In this document: in pieces, positions 18,641 to 27,996 of the stretch
Numbering within the stretch: position 1 is the first letter of the stretch
Layout: every line of letters begins with the position of its first letter
From: Candidatus Hodarchaeota archaeon
GTDB lineage: Archaea > Asgardarchaeota > Heimdallarchaeia > Hodarchaeales > Hodarchaeaceae
DNA length: 64,000 bases
NCBI GenBank assembly: GCA_016840035.1
Contig: JAEOTC010000030.1
Span: forward strand, 32,001-96,000
Reading direction: 5' to 3'
The notes under the pieces: generated by a model
Seen by the model: only the letters and a program-made list of their open reading frames with translations
What the model was told of the DNA's origin: nothing
Database searches by the model: none
Made by a program: the position numbers and the translations under genes

Positions 18641-19927
18641 TTGAAAAGTGTATTAGTTTCAGCAGCAGGAGTAATCTTTGGAGAAATTACTTCCGATTCG
18701 GCAAATATATTAGATTCCCTCATGTTCAAAGATAATGACACAATATTAACTGATGAATTTCTAGTTTTCCTTAAAGAACATGAGGAAGAATTACGAAGGA
18801 TATTGCCAGATATAAAAGAAGAGATTGCTTCCGATAATGCAGTGATTATCGAACACTTACGTCAAATAGGGTACGAAGAAGTCCGTTTTGCTAGCACTGG
18901 AGAATTTTCCACATTTAGATCAGAAGTAAATGATTATCTTATAAGAAAATTAGATTTAGCAAGCCCCGCAGAACTTATTTCTATACTAAGAGGTAAATCA
19001 TTAGCTCACACTCAATCACTTTTACGGGAGGACGTTGAGGCAAGGGATAAATATCTCGCTCAGGCAATTAATAGTATTGATGATATTAACTCAATACTTA
19101 ACTTAATTTATGCACGATTATCAGAATGGTATGGAATTCATTTTCCAGAGTTAGTAGATTTAGTGAGAGATAATAATCAATATATACGCCTTGTGTCAAA
19201 AATGAGGGGGAAAGTAAGATCAGAAATAGTCACCGAAGAAATTTCATCACTATCTGAGAGAAGACAAGAGCTGATTCACCATGCAGCTGAAAACTCCTTA
19301 GGAGCTAATATTTCCTCGTATGATATGAACCCGATATCAAATTTGGCCTCATTTGGAGTAGAGATTTTAAAAACAAAGGAAAGCCTAGAAAGCTACATTG
19401 AAGAAAGTATGAAAGAGGTAGCACCGAATTTACAACATCTTGTAGGAAGTTTGCTAGGTGCACGCCTTATTTCTTTAGCTGGAAGTTTAGAGAATCTTGC
19501 AAAACGATCATCGGGAACAATTCAAGTTCTAGGGGCAGAAAAAGCTTTATTTAGGCACCTACGATCAGGAGAAGATCCACCCAAGCATGGGGTTATATTC
19601 CAATCACAATTGATACATTCAGCAAAAAAACATCAGAGAGGAAAGATTGCTAGAGCTTTAGCAGGAAAATTAAGCATTGCTTCGCGTGTTGATTTCTTTA
19701 GTGGTGAATTTATTGCTCCAACTCTCTTGGAAGATGTAGAAAAAAGAGTAAATGAGATAAAAGAATCCTTTCCAGAACCTTCGGAAAAGCAAAGGGCCAG
19801 AAAACAGAAAAAGAAAGAAAAGAAACCAAAAGGAAGACGTGGCAAATATCAGAAAAAAGGTCCAAAGTGGTCTGGATCAAAAAAGGATTTTAAAAAGAAA
19901 AAACACCGCAAAAATAAGAAAGAATAA
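18641..19927 (+). CDS. nop5: C/D box sRNP protein Nop5 (Nop56/58)
   Basis: EWYGIHFPEL, IQVLGAEKALF, PPKHGVIF, RGKIARALA; Lys-rich tail; next to fibrillarin. Confidence 0.95.
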   Translation: MKSVLVSAAGVIFGEITSDSANILDSLMFKDNDTILTDEFLVFLKEHEEELRRILPDIKEEIASDNAVIIEHLRQIGYEEVRFASTGEFSTFRSEVNDYLIRKLDLASPAELISILRGKSLAHTQSLLREDVEARDKYLAQAINSIDDINSILNLIYARLSEWYGIHFPELVDLVRDNNQYIRLVSKMRGKVRSEIVTEEISSLSERRQELIHHAAENSLGANISSYDMNPISNLASFGVEILKTKESLESYIEESMKEVAPNLQHLVGSLLGARLISLAGSLENLAKRSSGTIQVLGAEKALFRHLRSGEDPPKHGVIFQSQLIHSAKKHQRGKIARALAGKLSIASRVDFFSGEFIAPTLLEDVEKRVNEIKESFPEPSEKQRARKQKKKEKKPKGRRGKYQKKGPKWSGSKKDFKKKKHRKNKKE

Positions 19928-19954
19928 GTATTTTCCTCATTCCTTGGTGTAAAA

Positions 19955-20635
19955 ATGAAAATAAAGGAAACAATAATAGAGGGTATGTATCAAATAAAAA
20001 TTGATCAAAAAAATCGCCTTGCAACACGAAATAAAGTCCCAGGTACAAATGTTTATGGTGAGCGATTAGTCAAGATAAATGATGAGGAATACAGACTTTG
20101 GGACCCATTTCGATCGAAATATGCAGCAGCCTTTTTATCTGGAATGAAATTCCTCCCTCAATTAAAGAAAAAGAACATCCTATATCTGGGAGTATCAACA
20201 GGGACAACCCCATCACATTTCTCCGATATTTTAGATAATGGATATATATATGGAGTTGAATTTTCTCCAAAAATCATGAGGAAGTTTTATCGTCTTGCTG
20301 AACAGCGACCCAATTTGATACCGATTCTTGCTGATGTAAGAAGGCCAGAAGAATATTCTTCATATGTTTTTGATGTTGATTTGCTGTATCAAGATGTTTC
20401 TCAACCAGAACAAGCAACCATCTTTGGGAGAAATGCTCAAGAGTATCTTAAGCCAGGAGGAGATGGTGTTATCGCTATCAAATCTCAGAGTATTGATGTT
20501 TCACTCGAACCAGAAGAGATTTTCTCCAAGCAGATGAGTATTTTAGAGGATAAATTCGACCTAAAAGTGATCGAGCATTCCTCAATTGATGCATTTGAGA
20601 AAAAACACGCAGTAATTGTAATAAGAAAAGAGTAG
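19955..20635 (+). CDS. flpA: Fibrillarin rRNA/tRNA 2'-O-methyltransferase
   Basis: VYGE, WDPFRSK, LYLGVSTGTTPSH, YQDVSQPEQ. Confidence 0.96.
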   Translation: MKIKETIIEGMYQIKIDQKNRLATRNKVPGTNVYGERLVKINDEEYRLWDPFRSKYAAAFLSGMKFLPQLKKKNILYLGVSTGTTPSHFSDILDNGYIYGVEFSPKIMRKFYRLAEQRPNLIPILADVRRPEEYSSYVFDVDLLYQDVSQPEQATIFGRNAQEYLKPGGDGVIAIKSQSIDVSLEPEEIFSKQMSILEDKFDLKVIEHSSIDAFEKKHAVIVIRKE

Positions 20636-20649
20636 TTTCTCCACAATTC

Positions 20650-20994
20650 CTATCCATAATCACGCCATGTGAACTTGCACTTCTTGCAACGATAGAAGGT
20701 TGTCGTTGCTTCGTCTGCACTCCTAGTTTGAAGTTGCCAATATACTGCCTCATGATGTCCACATTTTTCGCAACTCGCAGTAGCCGTTGGCATTGTTTCT
20801 ACGGCGTTTTCATCTTCAATTATGACCGTTTTTTCTAGCTCGGAGTGTCGTATGGTTTGTTTTATTTCAAAAGCTTTAGAATTTGTTTGTGAATTAGCCC
20901 CAATTTTCTTCCCACAGGCATTGCATTTCATTACAACAGATCCATCTGGCTGTTTATCAGGGACAAGAAGGGCTCCGCACTCACAAAAATCCAT
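20650..20994 (-). CDS. tfs: Transcription factor S (TFS/RpoM)
   Basis: Two Zn ribbons; QTRSADEATT with intact acidic hairpin. Confidence 0.93.
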   Translation of the reverse strand: MDFCECGALLVPDKQPDGSVVMKCNACGKKIGANSQTNSKAFEIKQTIRHSELEKTVIIEDENAVETMPTATASCEKCGHHEAVYWQLQTRSADEATTTFYRCKKCKFTWRDYG

Positions 20995-21168
20995 TAAAAT
21001 TGTCTCCAGTCAATTTGTGCTCAGTACAAGCAGAAATCTCCCGATGTTTTAAAGAAGCTGTGATTTTTATGTAAAACACCCGATATTTCCAAAAGCTAGA
21101 TATTCAAAAAAATGAGAAATATTAATTATTTCAATGATCAATTTGGAATAAGAGTACTAGAGAGGAGT

Positions 21169-21480
21169 ATGTTGCACAGAACTTCTATTAGACCCTATGA
21201 GGAAATTACTATTTTATCTCTCGATAGTCTTGCTTCAGAAACGAAATTTCAACTCTTTTGCAAGATAAAAGAGAAGGAAGATGCACATATAATATTATCA
21301 GATGAGAAGGCTGAATATAAATTTGCTTCTAAAGATTTAGATCTAGAAGATATTGATGTAGGGGATACAATTCTAGTTTTTGGCCAAAAGGAAGAAGATA
21401 ATATAAATTTGGAGAAACTCATTAAACTTAATCTTGATTGGTCTCTTCTTGTTAAAGCTAGAACTATTGAACAGTTGTAA
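21169..21480 (+). CDS. Small OB-fold protein, RPA3/RPA14-like
   Basis: Single OB-like pattern (IILSD...VGDTILVFG) plus a C-terminal helix LDWSLLVKAR; GAGGAG immediately upstream of the ATG at 21169. Confidence 0.6.
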   Translation: MLHRTSIRPYEEITILSLDSLASETKFQLFCKIKEKEDAHIILSDEKAEYKFASKDLDLEDIDVGDTILVFGQKEEDNINLEKLIKLNLDWSLLVKARTIEQL

Positions 21481-21734
21481 AATCCATTCATATATTCAGA
21501 TACATCAGTTCAAGTGGATTCAGATTTAAAAAGCGACCATCTATCTCAATTATCGTTTTTCGCTAAAATAAGTTCTCTTCCTCCATAGATGCGGAAATAA
21601 ACTTCAGAAAAAATATATATACAAGATAATTGCACATTTAACGAACCAGATTACCGTTACGAAGCAAATTTAGGTTGAAAATCTAAAGGTTTTATTAATA
21701 ACGAAATCTGCTTGTTCTGTAAGGAGGCTTATAC

Positions 21735-22178
21735 ATGTCCATGGTCGGTCAAGCCAAAAGAACTTTTCAAAAAGAAATCTCTGCATTTAACAACAAAAGA
21801 GTAGCAGTTATTCTCAAGAATGGTACAAAATTCGTTGGGGAACTTAAGGGATTATCTCCTGAAACTCTTACGTGTGTACTAATAAAAGCCAAGCGTGATG
21901 ATGATACTAACGAAATTCATCGTATTTGTCTTAATGGCGATCAAATTGCAGAGATCTACTTAGAAGAAGCCCCATTTGATCTTCTAGGTTTAAAAGATGA
22001 ACTTGAACAGATCTTTCGGCGTCCTGGAGACGTGAAAGTCTATGATGAGGCTGGATTGATCGTCGTACTTGAAAGAGTGAAAGTCTCTGAAACAGGTGTG
22101 GAAGGAACAGGCCCCGTCGCAGATAGAGTTAGAGCCATATTTAACCGATATGCAAGTGATCAAGCTTCAGAAGAGTAG
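21735..22178 (+). CDS. Sm-like (Lsm) protein with C-terminal domain (SmAP3-like)
   Basis: Sm1 (V.V.LKNG..F.G.L.G) and Sm2 (ICLNGDQIAEI) motifs plus a 70-aa C-terminal domain. Confidence 0.85.
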   Translation: MSMVGQAKRTFQKEISAFNNKRVAVILKNGTKFVGELKGLSPETLTCVLIKAKRDDDTNEIHRICLNGDQIAEIYLEEAPFDLLGLKDELEQIFRRPGDVKVYDEAGLIVVLERVKVSETGVEGTGPVADRVRAIFNRYASDQASEE

Positions 22179-22186
22179 GAATTTAT

Positions 22187-22543
22187 ATGCTAATAAATGC
22201 AGAAGTATTTCAACTAGAGGAAGATATTGATAATAATCTCTGGTTAATTGACTTTAGAGATGAGAAGTTAGGTCTCAGAGGAAGAATGGAAATACCCTCA
22301 AAATTAGTTGATCTACACGATGCAAAGAATCTTCAAATTGAAGTTGTTGCCGTTAAAAAAAAGACCCCATCGTTTAAAGATGCTAAAGTAGCCTTGAATG
22401 CTATTAACTATAGAACCAAACCCGTTGGAAAAGAGAAAATCTACTCATTTTCCTCAGGTGGATTAACATTCCGGCTATTCTCTGGAAAAGTCATTCCAGA
22501 GTTTAAACTACCACTTAAAGAGTATTTGATTATAGTGCGCTAA
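22187..22543 (+). CDS. rpo8: RNA polymerase subunit Rpo8/RpoG (Rpb8 homologue)
   Basis: YSFSSGGLTFRL matches the Rpb8 (Y.S.GGLLM.L) motif; OB-fold size. Confidence 0.72.
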   Translation: MLINAEVFQLEEDIDNNLWLIDFRDEKLGLRGRMEIPSKLVDLHDAKNLQIEVVAVKKKTPSFKDAKVALNAINYRTKPVGKEKIYSFSSGGLTFRLFSGKVIPEFKLPLKEYLIIVR

Positions 22544-22555
22544 AAATTTTAGTGT

Positions 22556-22640
22556 GCGGGGGTTTCCCAGCCAGGTCAAAGGAGCTAGGTTGAGGTCCTA
22601 GTCGTGTAGGCGTTCGTGAGTTCAAATCTCACCCCCCGCA
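22556..22640 (+). tRNA. tRNA-Leu(GAG), intronless
   Basis: GCGGGGG...CTAGG TT GAG GT CCTAG, variable arm, GTGAG TTCAAAT CTCAC CCCCCGC A. Confidence 0.96.
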
Positions 22641-22800
22641 TTAGCATGTATCACTCTTCTTTTGTTCACAAACCCAGAAACTAATAAGGGGTTGTTGATC
22701 ATTATTTTTATTGCGGAATATTGAATCCAAGAAATTTTTATTATGGTTTGAATTTCTTTGGAAATGAAATCCTCTTAATTGAAATGGCTGGATTTTAATT

Positions 22801-23592
22801 TTGAAAATAAATTTACGGTTTGATTCACTAATCTATAAACTTTATGAACGTAGATTATGGAATCAAATAAAGGGTGGCATTGAGGAGGGTATTCATCCAA
22901 CTCACGTCGCTCTAATTATGGATGGAAATCGACGATATGCTCGTGCGAAACGTCTTCCGAGCACATATGGCCATCGATTAGGACGTGAGAAATTAAAGGA
23001 TATTTTACAATGGTTTTGGGATCTCGAGATTGATTATGTTACACTCTATGCTTTCTCAACAGAAAACTTCGAGAGGTCCAATGGGGAGGTAAATGAGTTA
23101 ATGAATCTATTTGAATCAACCTTTCAGGAACTTATCGACCATCCAGAGTTTAAAAAAAGAAATGTGAAAATTAAAGTCATTGGCCGAACTCATTTATTAC
23201 CGATGAGAGTCCAAGAAGCAATTAAGAGGGCAGTAAATAGTACTGATACAGAAAAACAAGGCCCGACATTAATCATCGCAATCGGGTATGGAGGTCGAGC
23301 CGAAATGATTGATGCAATGAAATCAATTGCTAGAAAGGTTGTTAACAATGAAATTGATGTTGAGGAGATAGATGAGCTAGTAGTTGAGCGACATCTTTAC
23401 ACCAATGGAATTCCTGATCCTGATTTAATTATACGTACATCAGGTGAAGAACGATTATCAGGGTTCCTTACTTGGCAATCTGTCTATAGTGAACTCTATT
23501 TTGCTGATGTTTTCTTCCCTGGATTTAGAAAGATTGATTTGTGGAGAGCTATTCGTACCTATCAATCACGAAAGCGACGTCATGGACGGTAA
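22801..23592 (+). CDS. uppS: cis-prenyltransferase (UppS family)
   Basis: HVALIMDGNRRYA, YAFSTENF, IRTSGEERLSGFL. Confidence 0.96.
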   Translation: MKINLRFDSLIYKLYERRLWNQIKGGIEEGIHPTHVALIMDGNRRYARAKRLPSTYGHRLGREKLKDILQWFWDLEIDYVTLYAFSTENFERSNGEVNELMNLFESTFQELIDHPEFKKRNVKIKVIGRTHLLPMRVQEAIKRAVNSTDTEKQGPTLIIAIGYGGRAEMIDAMKSIARKVVNNEIDVEEIDELVVERHLYTNGIPDPDLIIRTSGEERLSGFLTWQSVYSELYFADVFFPGFRKIDLWRAIRTYQSRKRRHGR

Positions 23593-23608
23593 ATTCTTAG
23601 AGTTTAGA

Positions 23609-24364
23609 TCAAGTATACATACGCTTATTTGCTAAATTTTCACCTTGACTTTCCTCAATTGGAGCAAGTTGACGTTTAATTTCCTCTTCTATTGTCTGAG
23701 CATTTTGAACTAATTCGTTCGTATTGATGCTGATATTTAGGACTTCGTTGAGTTTCTCAATTGTTGAAACGGCCCCAAGTGGATCAGGACGCTCCCTTTG
23801 TGCATATGCTAGAAGGCCGATAGCTGGAAACATACTCATATCAAGATAGCCTAACATTATTGCTAGAGGGCCAGCCACAAATAGACCTGGATCAAGTAAA
23901 TTCATCTTGACTTCACTTAGGAAATCAGAATTAAGGGATGTCGATTGTAAAAATGCTCTTGTTGGAATATATTGGATATTATTCTCAGAAGCTTTCAACC
24001 GTGCATCAACTCCTCCAATAAAATAAGCCTCGGAGAATGTGTTCTGTTTTAGGATCCATTCAGACATTTTTTCGGAAAATTCGATTTGTACGTGACGATA
24101 TGGTTGAAGGTGAGGGATGAAGACCGCAAAATCGTATTCATCTTTTCCGTATATCTCAAAAGGTAATCTCAATTGACTATTTTGTACAGAAATGAAGGGA
24201 GGAGCTCCACTTGACATGATAGTTGCTATTCTTTTTAATTTGAGGTCCTCAATCATGTGAGATACTGTTATATATCCAATCTCCCCTAATCCATGCCATC
24301 CCGCTATAAATCTGTTACACTGATTTAATATTTCTTGATCTTCATGAAAAATTTTGAATTTCAT
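23609..24364 (-). CDS. PAC2 family proteasome assembly chaperone
   Basis: GWHGLGEIGYI, GPLAIML, PDPLGA...L...A..IE pattern. Confidence 0.8.
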   Translation of the reverse strand: MKFKIFHEDQEILNQCNRFIAGWHGLGEIGYITVSHMIEDLKLKRIATIMSSGAPPFISVQNSQLRLPFEIYGKDEYDFAVFIPHLQPYRHVQIEFSEKMSEWILKQNTFSEAYFIGGVDARLKASENNIQYIPTRAFLQSTSLNSDFLSEVKMNLLDPGLFVAGPLAIMLGYLDMSMFPAIGLLAYAQRERPDPLGAVSTIEKLNEVLNISINTNELVQNAQTIEEEIKRQLAPIEESQGENLANKRMYT

Positions 24365-24387
24365 TCGTTTTCAACCATCAATTCTGT

Positions 24388-25050
24388 TCATTCAAGTCGA
24401 TCTTCTCGTGCTATATATCGTGCACGACTTTGGATTTTTTTCATCTGTTCATAAGTATTCTTCCCCTCAGGATACACACTTAGATACCCATCTAAAAATG
24501 TGCTGAAGAGAATTTTTGACGCTGGCTGAATAGCTTTCAATGTTGAATAGAAAGTGAGTATATCATCAGCCTTTGACTCTATTTCATTAGATATCCTCCC
24601 CAGTCCAAAATCAATTATTATTGGTTTATCCTCTAGTTGAATAATTACGTTAAAAACCGTTAAATCTCCGTGAATTATGTCATTACAATGTAAAAGACCA
24701 ATTTGTGATCCTAGACTGGAAAAAATCGGTTTTAGTCTCTGAATAGGGAGTAAATCCATTGTTTCATAGAGTAATTTTCCATCAATCTCCTCTATAAGCA
24801 AATAACTCTCTTGAATATTAATACCAATAAGACTTGGAACAGAAGCTCCAATTTTTCTTGCAATAGACATGACTTTAGCTTCTGATCTTAATCGGTGTAA
24901 TCTTATCCGATGGTCAATTTCTGGGTGTCGGTATGTTTTTGGTAACCGTTGTTTGATTATTACTGGATTTTGAAGGTAAGTGCCTTGATAGATTATTGCC
25001 TCTGCACCTTTGGCAATTCTAGCAGCTTTATCTAATCTCATTCTATCCAC
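24388..25050 (-). CDS. bud32: KEOPS kinase Bud32
   Basis: KGAEAII, KTYRHPEID, HGDLT..N, IDFGLG, RARY. Confidence 0.93.
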   Translation of the reverse strand: MDRMRLDKAARIAKGAEAIIYQGTYLQNPVIIKQRLPKTYRHPEIDHRIRLHRLRSEAKVMSIARKIGASVPSLIGINIQESYLLIEEIDGKLLYETMDLLPIQRLKPIFSSLGSQIGLLHCNDIIHGDLTVFNVIIQLEDKPIIIDFGLGRISNEIESKADDILTFYSTLKAIQPASKILFSTFLDGYLSVYPEGKNTYEQMKKIQSRARYIAREDRLE

Positions 25051-26030
25051 CCGACCTGAACTTGATCAGTTCTCCATCTAGGTTTCACCTGACTGTCCTC
25101 AACAGAGAGAATTTTCCCAGTGTTAAATAGATGAGTTCCTGCGAAAGCAATCATAACACCATTATCCCCTGCTAGGTTTCTTGGAACAGCCTGAAATGAA
25201 GTGTCTTGCTCTTGAGCGACTTTCTGGATAATAGTCTGTAAATGAGCATTAGCTGCTACTCCTCCTGTTAATAATACTGAAGGCTTCTTAGTGCAGGATA
25301 AAGCGCGTTCAGTAGCTTCAGCAAGTATTGCAAAAGTATACTCTTGAAAAGAATAACACACATCTGGAATTGAATGATCATGAAGGAGCTTCTTTGCTGC
25401 AGTCACCATTCCCGAGAATGAAAATGACATTCCCTTTATCGTATAAGGAAGCGTGAGGAGTTTATTGCCCGATTGTGCTTGTTTCTCGATGTGAGGACCT
25501 CCAGGATGAGGTAAATTCATTTCTCTTCCAAGTGTGTCTAGTGCATTTCCGATTGCGATATCCAAAGTTTCTCCTAATACTCTGTACCGCCCATTTAAGA
25601 ATGTAATAAGTTGAGTATTTCCTCCGCTCACATACAGAACCAATGGGTCATCTACAGGAGTCACCGTTCTTCCTAGTTCAACATGAGCAATACAATGATT
25701 AACTCCTAGAAGTGGAATGTTCAATCTTAATGAAATTGCTCGCGCGACCGTTGCTGTTGTTCTTAAGCACGGTCCTAATCCAGGGCCTTGAGAAAAAGCG
25801 ATTCCATCAATCTTATCGATTTTAAAAGGTAATCGTTTGAATACTTTATCTATAAGAATCGGGAATTCTTTTGCTAGAAAGATTGCAGCTTCTCGTGGAT
25901 GAATGCCCCCTTGAGGAGGGAAATAAGTTGCTGATTCATTGACAATAACTTCCCTTCCTTTTATCACAGCGACCCCTGCAGTATGTGCTGTACCTTCTAA
26001 TCCTAGTATAATTGGTTCGATAGATGCCAT
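25038..26030 (-). CDS. kae1: KEOPS t6A threonylcarbamoyltransferase Kae1
   Basis: GLEGTAHT, GPGLGPCL, NHCIAHVE, VSGGNTQ, DNGVMIA; start trimmed to the ATG at 26030. Confidence 0.96.
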   Translation of the reverse strand: MASIEPIILGLEGTAHTAGVAVIKGREVIVNESATYFPPQGGIHPREAAIFLAKEFPILIDKVFKRLPFKIDKIDGIAFSQGPGLGPCLRTTATVARAISLRLNIPLLGVNHCIAHVELGRTVTPVDDPLVLYVSGGNTQLITFLNGRYRVLGETLDIAIGNALDTLGREMNLPHPGGPHIEKQAQSGNKLLTLPYTIKGMSFSFSGMVTAAKKLLHDHSIPDVCYSFQEYTFAILAEATERALSCTKKPSVLLTGGVAANAHLQTIIQKVAQEQDTSFQAVPRNLAGDNGVMIAFAGTHLFNTGKILSVEDSQVKPRWRTDQVQVGWIE

Positions 26031-26050
26031 ACTGATTTCATGATTCAAAA

Positions 26051-26236
26051 TTAGAATTCTGTATATCCACATAAGCCACAAGATGCTCTTCCTTTGTGTT
26101 TAGCTAAAAAAGACCCCTTACATCTTGGACAAAATTTATTTGTTCTTTTTATGGTTCCTTTTTTATAATCAACCTTATAATATGATTGAACTGGATTTCT
26201 ACGAACTGGCATTGTTTTAGTCCTCTTTTTGCTCAT
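26051..26236 (-). CDS. rps27ae: 30S ribosomal protein S27ae
   Basis: FCPRC..SFLAKH..R..CGLCGYT. Confidence 0.95.
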   Translation of the reverse strand: MSKKRTKTMPVRRNPVQSYYKVDYKKGTIKRTNKFCPRCKGSFLAKHKGRASCGLCGYTEF

Positions 26237-26519
26237 TTTCTATAATTTTATTTCTCTTAAGAAGGAATTTAGGTTCGTAAACAGACACATCCTCCACTTT
26301 GTCATAGCAGTGTACAGTTAATTGTGATTTTGGTTCACCAAAATGGCCTTCTATTTTTTGGATTACAACACGTTCAAGATCAAAATTCATTTGTGCTGCT
26401 ACCTTGGACCTTACAGCTTCTCTAGTGGGTGTGATTTCCCCTAGATGCGTAATAAGGGCTTTAATTTCGTTTCGGCCAATAAGTGGATTGTGTTTTTCTT
26501 CAGTAATCGTAATCTCCAT
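26217..26519 (-). CDS. rps24e: 30S ribosomal protein S24e
   Basis: [25 protein letters not shown]. Confidence 0.94.
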   Translation of the reverse strand: MEITITEEKHNPLIGRNEIKALITHLGEITPTREAVRSKVAAQMNFDLERVVIQKIEGHFGEPKSQLTVHCYDKVEDVSVYEPKFLLKRNKIIENEQKED

Positions 26520-27099
26520 TTCTATATTCCTCGTGAAATTCGAATTTATCTAATAAGCCTTGTACTTGTTCCTTCAGGGAAGTAGTAATCACTGCTACAA
26601 CAAGGCCTTCTTCAGTGGTAATGGGAGGTTGTCCGTAAATGACAATGCTTCCAAGAGGTAGGGAAATTATCACAGGGATAATTAATAAATCCTCTTCACC
26701 GTCAATCCTTACTGCTATGCGGCAATTGTTGGAGGTAGAAAAAGCTATTGCATTTTCGATTTCCTGAATCGCACTCTTAAGGATCCACTCTTTAGGATTA
26801 GATGTACGATATATTGAATATTTTTCAAGATTCATTGAAACTGGGCCAGTTCGTTGAGTTTTTCCATCAAAAATAATAACATTAGGATAATATTCTTGAT
26901 CAAGGAAAGATTTTGCACATACGTCTCCAATAGCTACAACTAAACCTTCATTCGACTTTCTAATGTAATTTATTGCGTTCCTAGCTGATGCAGAATGCTC
27001 TCCAGTAAATAATTTACCAATAGGCGTTCTTAATGATTTTCGAAGAGAAATGGGGAGCTTATATCCCACCAGAAATCCCTCAACGAACTTTAATAGCAT
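26500..27099 (-). CDS. GTP-dependent dephospho-CoA kinase (DUF359)
   Basis: IGDV, DGKTQR, DGEEDLL, YGQP; conserved operon position. Confidence 0.9.
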   Translation of the reverse strand: MLLKFVEGFLVGYKLPISLRKSLRTPIGKLFTGEHSASARNAINYIRKSNEGLVVAIGDVCAKSFLDQEYYPNVIIFDGKTQRTGPVSMNLEKYSIYRTSNPKEWILKSAIQEIENAIAFSTSNNCRIAVRIDGEEDLLIIPVIISLPLGSIVIYGQPPITTEEGLVVAVITTSLKEQVQGLLDKFEFHEEYRNGDYDY

Positions 27100-27274
27100 A
27101 TTTTCCGGGACGGTTAATATTCAGCCTCTTTGCAATCTTACTATCTTTAGGCTCACGAATGATTACCATCCCAACAAAGCTCTTGGATAGGTGATTGTGT
27201 GTTTTACAGATAGGACATACTTCCTCTCCATGGACGATGCTATTACATTTTTTGCAGGCTTTGATTTTTACCAA
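27080..27274 (-). CDS. spt4: Transcription elongation factor Spt4 (RpoE'')
   Basis: KACKKC...CPIC...SKIAKRLNI..PGKYAIKVR. Confidence 0.95.
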   Translation of the reverse strand: MVKIKACKKCNSIVHGEEVCPICKTHNHLSKSFVGMVIIREPKDSKIAKRLNINRPGKYAIKVR

Positions 27275-27820
27275 CTAGGCTGCCTCCTTTTGTTCATCAA
27301 TCCAACTTTTCAGACCTAATCCCTCACCTTTCATGGTGACAGCAATTTTCATGCTTACGTGATCAACGGTTGCAGTAATTATTTTTCCACGGACTAAATC
27401 CCCTGGTCTAATAGTTCTACCTGATTCTCTTCCTACTAAAACTCCTGAAGATCTAGAAGACATTTGAAAATATTCATCAGCAATTTGACTTATATGTGCT
27501 AAAGCATCGGTACAACCGATTCGCATAAAAAATCCAAATTTCGTTGTTTCAACAACTTCTCCTTCTGTTACTTCATCATCCAAAGGACGAAAAGTGATCG
27601 CTTCATATTCCACATCATGAAAAGTTGCTCCGTCCCCAGGAACAATTCTTCCTGGAGAAATTTCTTTAACTGCCAAGATAGCAACAATCATTCCTACATC
27701 TCCTCCAATTGTGGTTTCATTCTTTGATCTTGAGATATCAAGAATAACCTCTTCTAAAGGCTGTCCGAATCTGTTTGGGGGAATGCGGATTGTTTCACGG
27801 ATTTGAGTCATGTAATACAT
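27275..27820 (-). CDS. rpo7: RNA polymerase subunit Rpo7 (RpoE')
   Basis: IRIPPNRFG, GRIVPGDG, S1 domain HISQI, GLG..SWI. Confidence 0.95.
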   Translation of the reverse strand: MYYMTQIRETIRIPPNRFGQPLEEVILDISRSKNETTIGGDVGMIVAILAVKEISPGRIVPGDGATFHDVEYEAITFRPLDDEVTEGEVVETTKFGFFMRIGCTDALAHISQIADEYFQMSSRSSGVLVGRESGRTIRPGDLVRGKIITATVDHVSMKIAVTMKGEGLGLKSWIDEQKEAA

Positions 27821-27947
27821 TTATCCAGTGCCTCTTTACGCTGACCTCAGTCAAGCTATACTGAAAATAGAATCATTAAAGGCTTTCTTTATTGGACTAT
27901 TGAGTCTTTCCAAGTGAGTTTATGATTCGAGAGGTATCCAAAGTAAT

Positions 27948-27968
27948 AAAAAAAGGAAAAAAAGGGGA
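27948..27968 (-). terminator. Putative oligo-U terminator downstream of hppA
   Basis: Two U runs on the minus strand about 30-50 nt after the stop codon. Confidence 0.4.
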
Positions 27969-27996
27969 GGATGAATATTTCAGGGTTGTTAGAAGT

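Noticed and set aside
26051-26236. Ubiquitin fusion to S27ae
   Set aside because: The ORF is 61 aa and directly overlaps rps24e, leaving no room for a ubiquitin domain.
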